Below, in pieces: positions 57,207-64,000 of a DNA stretch of 64,000 nt. A program made the position numbers and the translations under genes. The stretch's first letter is position 1. Each line of letters opens with the position of its first letter. Below the pieces are notes generated by a model, which saw only the letters and a list, made by a program, of their open reading frames with translations, did not search any database and was not told where the DNA came from. The stretch lies in the IMG/VR virus record IMGVR_UViG_3300045242_000214, positions 7,880 through 71,879 of that record; one strand, written 5' to 3'. The stretch comes from a virus.

Positions 57207-57322
57207 GCGAGGTCTTGCGAGCGATCGCACGCGCGCAGGCGGCGCAAGCGCGCAGTCTCGGCTACAGGGACGCCGGCGCGAGGTACGACCCGACGGACGA
57301 CAACGAAAGGACGGACGGAGAC

Positions 57323-57589
57323 ATGAAGCGTTACATCATCAGCGTGGCCGAAGAGGCGCGCGTGCAGTACGAGGTCGAAGCGGAGAGCGAAGAGGAAGCT
57401 CGGAAACTCTACGAGGACGGCGCACTGACCCACACCATCGACGAGCACATCGACAGCGAGATCATCGACGTGACGGAGATCCCGTTTCCAGACCGGCCGG
57501 TCCTGGATGAGTGGGGCTACGAGGTCAAGGACTACGAGCTTGCGAACGCGAAAGGCAGACCGGACATCCAGCATCCGGATGCGTCATGA
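57323..57589 (+). CDS. DpnD/PcfM-like small protein
   Basis: YEVEAESEEEAR motif; shared leader before ATG. Confidence 0.6.
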   Translation: MKRYIISVAEEARVQYEVEAESEEEARKLYEDGALTHTIDEHIDSEIIDVTEIPFPDRPVLDEWGYEVKDYELANAKGRPDIQHPDAS

Positions 57590-57807
57590 CTGCGATTCCC
57601 GACGACGACGAGATGCGTGCCGAGGGCAAAGAGGTGTGGATGGACTTGCTTACGGAGCGCGGGCGTCTGCTACGTAACGCGCTCGGCGGCTGCGGCGGAC
57701 TAGTCGAGCAGGCACGGCTCTGCGGAGCTACCGACTTAGAGATCATGGTGGCGCTCGGCGTCAGCGAGCAGCTATTCGAGACGCTGTTCGGAGCCGGGTC
57801 GTCATGA
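57586..57807 (+). CDS. hypothetical HTH-like protein
   Basis: ARLCGATDLEIMVALGVS. Confidence 0.5.
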   Translation: MTAIPDDDEMRAEGKEVWMDLLTERGRLLRNALGGCGGLVEQARLCGATDLEIMVALGVSEQLFETLFGAGSS

Positions 57808-57901
57808 GCCTTGACTTTGACGTGCGTTGCGATCCGGAGGTGGGTCACCGTCCGTGCTCGCCTCCGGTTCGGAACGCAAACGGACGAAAGGACGGACGGA
57901 A

Positions 57902-58195
57902 ATGAACGGAACGGAGATCAAGCGAGAGTTTCAAGTCGGGTGCGTATTCGACCTGACGAATCACTACATCACGCGCGAGGATCATCCTTGCTTCGGTACG
58001 CGGCTCGTCCGCGTCAATCGAAGCAACAGCGCGGCGCTCTATACGTCTGACCCAGATGGACAGATTCGGCGGATCGAGTGGCCGAAGGCGTCGCAGTTGG
58101 AGAGAGACGAGAACGGCACCATTCGCTTCTACGGCGGCGGGATCGGCCAGGCTGCCGATGAGTTGTTCCTGACGTTCGAGCCGGTGCAATCATGA
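57902..58195 (+). CDS. hypothetical protein
   Basis: shared leader before ATG. Confidence 0.6.
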   Translation: MNGTEIKREFQVGCVFDLTNHYITREDHPCFGTRLVRVNRSNSAALYTSDPDGQIRRIEWPKASQLERDENGTIRFYGGGIGQAADELFLTFEPVQS

Positions 58196-58413
58196 ACGGG
58201 ATACTCAACGGGGACGACCTAGCGATGATGGACGACGCGGCGGACGCCGACATACGGGCTCGGCTTGAGTACCTGCGGAGCCAGATCGACGCGGAGTGCA
58301 TCAGCCAGGGCGAGCTCATCGAGCTTCAAGGCTTGGCCGAGCACATCGAACCGGGCGACGTGCAGCTGCTCGCATGGGCCGGCGTCCCGGAGTTTCCCGA
58401 GGACGAGTCATGA
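58192..58413 (+). CDS. hypothetical acidic protein
   Basis: coupled ORF. Confidence 0.6.
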   Translation: MNGILNGDDLAMMDDAADADIRARLEYLRSQIDAECISQGELIELQGLAEHIEPGDVQLLAWAGVPEFPEDES

Positions 58414-59552
58414 ACCACGAAGCCGAGCCTCAGCGCATGGTCCCCCCGGACGACTTGCGCGACTACCTCAGAACCTACGTCGCGCTCTCAGATGTTCAGT
58501 ACGACGCGATCACGCTTTGGGCGGTCCATTCGCACTGTTTCGAGGCGGCCGACACGACCCCGTACCTGCAGATCACGTCGACGGAGGCACGGTGCGGTAA
58601 GACGCGCCTCCTCGAGGTGCTGGAGCTCGTCGTGGATAACCCCTGGTTCACCGGCCGCGTGACCGGCCCGGCGCTCGTACGCAAGATCGACGCGGAACGG
58701 CCGACGCTGCTCCTTGATGAGACGGACGCGACGTTCTCCGGCAACCGCTCAAGCTACGAGATCCTCAGAGGCGTCCTCAACACGGGCTACAGGTTGAACG
58801 GGCGCACCTCGTACGCGGCCGGCGGCTCGTACAAGGACATGGTGACGTACTGCCCGAAAGCCTTGGCGGGGATAGGAGACCTGCCGTCGACGCTCGCGGA
58901 TCGTTCGATCATGATCAAGATGCAGCGGCGCGACTTCGAGCAGGTGCAACGCTTCCGCCGGCGTGACGCGATCCTCGAGGCTCGCTTCGTTCGGGCGCGG
59001 CTAGCACGGTACGCGGCGGCGAATCTCGAGAGTCTTGCGCGCGCGCGGCCGTTGATTCCGGCGCAGCTCGATGACCGCGCGGCGGACGTCTGGGAGCCGC
59101 TGCTGGCGATCGCGGACACGTTCGGGCAGGCCTGGGCGTCACGCGCGCGGGTCGCCGCGGTGTCGCTGATGGCGGACCGGGAGCAGACGGCAGCGTCGGC
59201 GATCGGACTCGAACTGCTGGCGGACGTTCAGCGCGTGTTCGTCGCGTTGGACGCCGAGCGGATCTCGACGCGCGACCTGATCGCGGCGCTCCTGGAATCC
59301 TCGGATACCTGGCAGGACGTGGACGGGGACCCGCTCGACCCGTGGTCGCTGTCGAGGCTGCTCTCGTCCTGGCAGATTGGCCCGCGCCAGATTCGCTTCG
59401 GCAAGGTCACTCAGAAGGGCTACTACCGGCAGGCGTTCGTCGAGGCGTGGAAGATGCTGGAGCCTGCCGAGCCGGTGCTGCGGCCCGACCTGCCCGGAGA
59501 GGTTGAGCCGGTGCTGGATCCGATCGTGGCTGCGAGCGAGGAGACCGGGTGA
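58410..59552 (+). CDS. DUF3631-domain replication-associated ATPase
   Basis: LWAVHSH, TPYLQITS...CGKTRLLE, PTLLLDETD, LNTGY, DRAADVWEPLLAIAD, KGYYR. Confidence 0.85.
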   Translation: MNHEAEPQRMVPPDDLRDYLRTYVALSDVQYDAITLWAVHSHCFEAADTTPYLQITSTEARCGKTRLLEVLELVVDNPWFTGRVTGPALVRKIDAERPTLLLDETDATFSGNRSSYEILRGVLNTGYRLNGRTSYAAGGSYKDMVTYCPKALAGIGDLPSTLADRSIMIKMQRRDFEQVQRFRRRDAILEARFVRARLARYAAANLESLARARPLIPAQLDDRAADVWEPLLAIADTFGQAWASRARVAAVSLMADREQTAASAIGLELLADVQRVFVALDAERISTRDLIAALLESSDTWQDVDGDPLDPWSLSRLLSSWQIGPRQIRFGKVTQKGYYRQAFVEAWKMLEPAEPVLRPDLPGEVEPVLDPIVAASEETG

Positions 59553-59896
59553 GCAGCCGGAGGCGGGATATCGCGGTTGAAGTGCGGCGCGACTTCGACG
59601 GACGCCTGTATTCGCAGGTCGTAGATCGCATCGAAAAGGCACGCTATGAGTCGGGGGACCGAAGCCGAGGCAAGGAGTTTCCGACCTTCCTGCTCGTAGT
59701 TGATCGTCAGCGGGGACGGCTGCTTGACTCAGAGACCGTTCTCAACCGAGCTGCGTCGCTGGCCGAGGTGCTGGGTTGTCCGCTAGACGAGGATCTGTTC
59801 TGGCCATGCCGCGCACGGCAGGGCTACACGCAGCAGACCTGCTCTTGCCCGGCGTGCGCGCAGCGCACTAACGAGCGAGAGGCGAAACGCAAATGA
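59549..59896 (+). CDS. hypothetical protein
   Basis: coupled ORF with Cys cluster. Confidence 0.5.
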   Translation: MSSRRRDIAVEVRRDFDGRLYSQVVDRIEKARYESGDRSRGKEFPTFLLVVDRQRGRLLDSETVLNRAASLAEVLGCPLDEDLFWPCRARQGYTQQTCSCPACAQRTNEREAKRK

Positions 59897-60132
59897 GCAG
59901 CCACATCGCCGACCGCATGCGTCCGCCCGCGGTGCAACTCGCGATCGTGGCCTCGGTCGCCGACGAGCTCGGTGCGCTCGAATGGCGTTCGGTCGTTCTG
60001 CGCGATCGGCTCTACGACGCCGTGCGCGATGCCGTGGAGGCAGGGTTCGCGCAGGTGCGCGTCGCTGAGGCGGCCGGCGTGTCGAGGCAGCGCGTCGGTC
60101 AGATCATGGCGATGTTCGAGGTGCCGGAGTGA
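59893..60132 (+). CDS. small HTH protein
   Basis: AGFAQVRVAEAAGVSRQRVGQI. Confidence 0.7.
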   Translation: MSSHIADRMRPPAVQLAIVASVADELGALEWRSVVLRDRLYDAVRDAVEAGFAQVRVAEAAGVSRQRVGQIMAMFEVPE

Positions 60133-60329
60133 CGGACTACTTCCATCGCTTTGTGCTCACGGACGGCAGCGTGATCGTGGTGCCGCACCGGCAGGCGCAG
60201 CGCGTCCTGGACGTGCGCGACAACCGGCGCATACCGGAGACGGTCTGGGAGGTCACGCTCGACAGCGGTCTCGTGCGTCGCTTTTGGCCTTCCGACCTGC
60301 AAGAATGGTCTCAGGAAGAAGTCAAGTGA
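60129..60329 (+). CDS. hypothetical protein
   Basis: coupled ORF. Confidence 0.5.
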   Translation: MTDYFHRFVLTDGSVIVVPHRQAQRVLDVRDNRRIPETVWEVTLDSGLVRRFWPSDLQEWSQEEVK

Positions 60330-61222
60330 GACTGCCGAGATTCCGCCGCGCCGTTCCTGAGCCCTCGGCTCGCCAAGTCCGCGACGACTGGCTTGAGTGG
60401 CTACGCCTCAGCGCGTTCAGTCCCTTGACGATCAAGGGCTACCGGCTCACAACTGATCGAATGCTCGCACGCTGGCCGGAGCTGACGTTCTCCGAGTTCA
60501 CCGACGAGCACATCCTCGGGATCATCGAGGATTCCAAGCCGGCGTCACGGCAAGCCCGGCGGTCGGCGTTCCAGAACTGGTTTCAGTGGGGCGTCAGGAC
60601 GAAGCGGATCGAGCGTGATCCGATGCGACACGTCCAGACGTACAAGCCGGCCCCGCGTCCTCCGGTCGAGGTTTTCACGGAGGCCGAATGCAAGGTGCTC
60701 TGTTCGCTGCCGGAACCGGATGGCACGCTCATGGCGATCCTGCTCGGCACTGGACTACGGAAGGCAGAGGCTCGGAACCTCATGGTCAAGCGCGTCGACC
60801 TTGACCACGCCGAGATCCATGTGGTCGAAGGAGCAAAGGGCGGCTCGACCGGGATCGTCCCGATCGAGCACAAGCTCGTCTCCCGGCTTGCCGAGTATTT
60901 CCTGCTCGAGGGGCTGAACGGCGACGACTATTTGTGGTACTGCCATCCGGGCGGTCATCCGACGCGTCGCCACGATCGTCCTCTCGTTGACGCGTCGATG
61001 CATATGTGGTGGGCGCGGTCGATCAAGGCGTCAGGGATTCCGTATCGGAACATGCACGTCACGCGACACACCTACGCGACTGAGTGGCGCCGGCGTGGTC
61101 TGGCGATGGATGACGTAGGGACGCTGCTGCGTCACGCTGATTTTCGGACAACCCAGAGGGTTTACGTGCACACCAAGCTGATTGACGTTCGCAAGCGGAT
61201 GGAGGCGTGCCCGCCGCGATGA
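60326..61222 (+). CDS. tyrosine recombinase / integrase (Xer-like size)
   Basis: TGLRKAE, AKGG, HVTRHTYA, LLRHADFRTTQRVY. Confidence 0.9.
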   Translation: MRLPRFRRAVPEPSARQVRDDWLEWLRLSAFSPLTIKGYRLTTDRMLARWPELTFSEFTDEHILGIIEDSKPASRQARRSAFQNWFQWGVRTKRIERDPMRHVQTYKPAPRPPVEVFTEAECKVLCSLPEPDGTLMAILLGTGLRKAEARNLMVKRVDLDHAEIHVVEGAKGGSTGIVPIEHKLVSRLAEYFLLEGLNGDDYLWYCHPGGHPTRRHDRPLVDASMHMWWARSIKASGIPYRNMHVTRHTYATEWRRRGLAMDDVGTLLRHADFRTTQRVYVHTKLIDVRKRMEACPPR

Positions 61223-61503
61223 CTCATCACGACGGAGAAATTGGGAATGTTCGCGAGAAAGCTGCCGCAACTCCGTCGCGGCCACGGCGCTCGTACCAGG
61301 TCGAGCCGTTCCACGAGCCTGACGGTCGCAAGACGTGGGCTGTGAAGGAGATCGTGGTCGGGCCGCACGGCTACTTCCTGCGGCATCTCATCAGCTTCCA
61401 CGAGACGTTCACCGAGGCTGATCGCCAGCGCGAGAAGATGAAGCTGCGGGAGCGCGAAGGCTCCTGGGGCGAACCATACGAGGGGGCGATGCTCGATGCC
61501 TGA
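61219..61503 (+). CDS. hypothetical protein
   Basis: coupled ORF. Confidence 0.5.
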   Translation: MTHHDGEIGNVREKAAATPSRPRRSYQVEPFHEPDGRKTWAVKEIVVGPHGYFLRHLISFHETFTEADRQREKMKLREREGSWGEPYEGAMLDA

Positions 61504-61753
61504 CACGGGTCATCGGCTGGTGCTCGAAATCGAGGTGCCCGAGTTCTATGTGGACGGCACCGAGCAGGAGTTCGCCGACGAGCACGACCTGACGGTGTTC
61601 GACATCGCGACCGAGGAGTGGATGCGGCCCGACGTTGGCCTGACCTTCGTCACCATCCCCGGCGAGAAGGAGATGAACTCGGACTTCGAGGTCAAGGCGA
61701 TGGAAGGCCGAATCGTCGGAGCGCGGATCGTGAAGGACGGCGACCGTGGCTGA
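61496..61753 (+). CDS. hypothetical protein
   Basis: overlapping ORF in operon. Confidence 0.55.
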   Translation: MPDTGHRLVLEIEVPEFYVDGTEQEFADEHDLTVFDIATEEWMRPDVGLTFVTIPGEKEMNSDFEVKAMEGRIVGARIVKDGDRG

Positions 61754-61982
61754 GGATCGCTCTACCGCCCATACGACACCGCACGAGTGCCAGCGGTGCG
61801 GCTCCGACGAGTGGGAGTACGTCGATTACGGCGGCTGCTCTGTGTGCCGGTCTTACGAGGATCGCAACCGGGAGGACGAGGAGGACGCCGTTGCTGAGTG
61901 GGTTGCCTGGGCGCGCACCACGTCACTTCGTCACGGCCTGACCACGTTCGGCGGTGCTGCCGCGCGGGTGCATCGTGGCTAG
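61746..61982 (+). CDS. small zinc-ribbon protein
   Basis: CQRCG and CSVC. Confidence 0.5.
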   Translation: MAEDRSTAHTTPHECQRCGSDEWEYVDYGGCSVCRSYEDRNREDEEDAVAEWVAWARTTSLRHGLTTFGGAAARVHRG

Positions 61983-62117
61983 GTGGAAGCTGTGGTTCAC
62001 GCCTGGCATCAATGGCTGTAACCGTTGCGGAAGCAAGACGAACGGCGATCTTGCCTCACCGGGATTTCTGAGCGGGCAGTTGTGGTGCCCGGTCTGCTTG
62101 CGGAAAGCGGGCAAGCT

Positions 62118-62297
62118 GTGAAGTCTGCCGCGTCGCCTCTGCGTGAGCACGAGGTCGAGGTCTACCTGACCTTCAACACGACCCGCGAGGACGTGCACGA
62201 CGCACTCGAACGCTCCGGGCTTGTCGAGGGTCGTCTGATCGGGGAGTGCCTGATCGCCCAGGTGCAGGTCTATCCGAACGAGGGCGACGATGCCTGA
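62118..62297 (+). CDS. hypothetical protein
   Basis: ORF in operon; start uncertain. Confidence 0.45.
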   Translation: MKSAASPLREHEVEVYLTFNTTREDVHDALERSGLVEGRLIGECLIAQVQVYPNEGDDA

Positions 62298-62478
62298 TCC
62301 TTCTGCCGCTACTACAGCCGCGCAGATCGCGGAGGAGGCGTGGCAGTTGAACCAGCGTTTCCTGCACGCCGACTACATCGGGGACGAGCCGGACATGTTC
62401 CAGCTTCGCCGCGACCTCGCGTTCCTGTCGCTGCTCGTCCACCAGCTTGCCGAGGAGGTTGACGATGCAGCCACCTGA
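62290..62478 (+). CDS. hypothetical protein
   Basis: overlapping ORF. Confidence 0.5.
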   Translation: MPDPSAATTAAQIAEEAWQLNQRFLHADYIGDEPDMFQLRRDLAFLSLLVHQLAEEVDDAAT

Positions 62479-62644
62479 GCCGAATGCCGCGAACGACTCG
62501 CACGATCAGGCCGTCGAATACGTAGACCGCTCCATCGCGGGCCAGGTCGCGCTCGGCTACGACGCGCCTCCAGCCAGGACACGTGCGGTCGTTATCGCGG
62601 CTGTGGAGCGCGCAATCTGGAAGCTGCGGAGGCTCGCATCGTGA
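62465..62644 (+). CDS. hypothetical protein
   Basis: GAGGAGG RBS. Confidence 0.5.
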   Translation: MQPPEPNAANDSHDQAVEYVDRSIAGQVALGYDAPPARTRAVVIAAVERAIWKLRRLAS

Positions 62645-62814
62645 CTGCCGCTACTCCGTCGCGGCCAGCCTCCTGGAGGCGCTTCTGTCTCGCCTCGCTT
62701 GACCAGACGCTGATTGCCTGCACGAAGCGACCGGGACACAAGGGCGACCATGAGTGGGAGGCGGATCGCTGGGAGCGTTTCGTCGAGATGCGAGCCAAGG
62801 AGCTTCGCTCGTGA
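62641..62814 (+). CDS. small Cys/His protein
   Basis: FCLA...CTKRPGHKGDH; GTGA coupling on both sides. Confidence 0.5.
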   Translation: MTAATPSRPASWRRFCLASLDQTLIACTKRPGHKGDHEWEADRWERFVEMRAKELRS

Positions 62815-63467
62815 GGCCACGGCTCCTCGACCTCTACTGTGGTGGCGGTGGCGCGAGCATGGGCTACTGGCTCGCCGGATTCGAGGTCGTAGGCGTGGAC
62901 ATCGGCAAGCGCGGCAGGTATCCGTTCGCTCACTTCCAGGCGGACGCGCTGGAGTTCGTGCGGCTGTACGGAGTGGGCTTCGACGCGATCCATGCCTCAC
63001 CGCCGTGCCAGGCGTACTCGCGGCTCGCAGCGCGTCACCCCGAGCGCGAGTACCCGGACCTGATCGAGCCTACCCGCGAGGCGCTCAGGGCCACGGGCAA
63101 GCCGTACGTCATCGAGAACGTGCCGGAGGCACCGCTGGTGAATCCGGTCGTGCTGTGCGGCTCCTCGTTCTTCCTTGGCACGAATGACGAGCAGTACCAG
63201 CTACGGCGGCACCGTGCGTTCGAGACCAACTGGCCCTTGATAGGTCGGTCGTGCCGCCACGATGACCGCCCGGTTATCTCGGTAGCCGGTCACGCTGGAC
63301 GCGCTGGACGCAACCTCTCAGGCTCGACCGTCGAGCGGCGGGAGGCGATGCGGATTCCGTGGCTGTCGTCTGACGCCATCGCTGAGGCGATCCCACCAGA
63401 CTATGCCCACGAGATCGGTTGCCAACTGCGTGACCACTTGGAGGTGTTGCAACGTGAAGCCGCATAG
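62811..63467 (+). CDS. DNA cytosine-5 methyltransferase (short phage type)
   Basis: LLDLYCGGGG (motif I), ASPPCQ (IV), VIENV (VI), RHRAFE, EAIPP (X). Confidence 0.85.
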   Translation: MRPRLLDLYCGGGGASMGYWLAGFEVVGVDIGKRGRYPFAHFQADALEFVRLYGVGFDAIHASPPCQAYSRLAARHPEREYPDLIEPTREALRATGKPYVIENVPEAPLVNPVVLCGSSFFLGTNDEQYQLRRHRAFETNWPLIGRSCRHDDRPVISVAGHAGRAGRNLSGSTVERREAMRIPWLSSDAIAEAIPPDYAHEIGCQLRDHLEVLQREAA

Positions 63468-63651
63468 CGAGCAGAAGTTCGTCGTCTACGCGATCACCTA
63501 CGACGATGAATGCTTCGGTCTGTACGCGACCCGCGTGGAAGCGGAGACGGCGTTTGCTCGTCAGCTTGCCGAAGGCGGTCCGGCATGGGAGGACTGTCAT
63601 GTGAATCCATGGTGGATCAACGGCGAACCCGAGGTTCATCGTGCCGAGTAA
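63454..63651 (+). CDS. hypothetical protein
   Basis: GGAGG RBS. Confidence 0.5.
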   Translation: MKPHSEQKFVVYAITYDDECFGLYATRVEAETAFARQLAEGGPAWEDCHVNPWWINGEPEVHRAE

Positions 63652-63874
63652 CGATCAGCCTGCCGCTACTCCGTCTGGGCGTGACGCTACAGTGGACGAT
63701 TCCGCATCGGCTGCTAGTGCTTCCGTCACGCAGGCGGGGTCGGAGATCGCACCTTCGGCCCCGCTCGGACTTCATACTTGGCGCGACGGTTGGATCTGCG
63801 AATGCGGGGAGTACCAGCTTGTCGCCAGTGAGATTCCGGGCGTCGCTTACCCCGAAAAGGTGCGGCGTGGATAA
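63641..63874 (+). CDS. hypothetical protein
   Basis: overlapping ORF with WICECG. Confidence 0.4.
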   Translation: MPSNDQPAATPSGRDATVDDSASAASASVTQAGSEIAPSAPLGLHTWRDGWICECGEYQLVASEIPGVAYPEKVRRG

Positions 63875-64000
63875 GTCTGCCGCAACAACCGCGACGCGAT
63901 GGGAGTGCCAGGTCGGAGCGACTGATTCGCAGGGTGACCTGACGATCCTCGATGTCACCATCGAGACGCCCGACTGGCAAGAGGCAATCCGTCGATCCTG

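Noticed and set aside
62811-63467. Restriction-modification system
   Set aside because: No cognate endonuclease nearby; orphan phage methyltransferase.

Overview
The whole 64 kb window is a tailed (siphovirus-like) phage or prophage of a high-GC Actinomycetota host. One secreted-protein signal motif hints at Thermoleophilia (Solirubrobacterales/Gaiellales); this is inference. No rRNA, tRNA or CRISPR array is visible. The minus-strand block (about 1.6-51.9 kb) reads in transcription order: regulators; a 9 kb sugar-nucleotide/glycosyltransferase island (gmd, fcl, RmlB-like dehydratase, GT6, GT2-like enzymes, methyltransferases); portal with a class 3 intein; NUDIX-XkdF protease fusion; scaffold, decoration and major capsid; collagen/Gly-rich fibres plus GT4; head-tail and tail genes with a -1 frameshifting chaperone; tape measure; tail protein; PKD-GH26; a multi-enzyme lysis region; then XRE, recombination genes, a split SbcD and the large terminase. 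The plus-strand block (about 52.2-64 kb) holds a two-part sigma-like factor fused to ParB, a putative small terminase, a repeat-rich non-coding region, many small early genes with shared leaders, DUF3631, a tyrosine recombinase and a C5 methyltransferase. Most notable: a candidate virion-glycosylation system; an SbcD gene split in two by an HNH-AP2 gene; the split sigma/ParB pair; a small protein copying the tape-measure C-terminus; an apparent ATT start for the major capsid; and a 544-bp host-like insert bounded by TCTCT. All family calls come from motif recognition by eye, not database searches.
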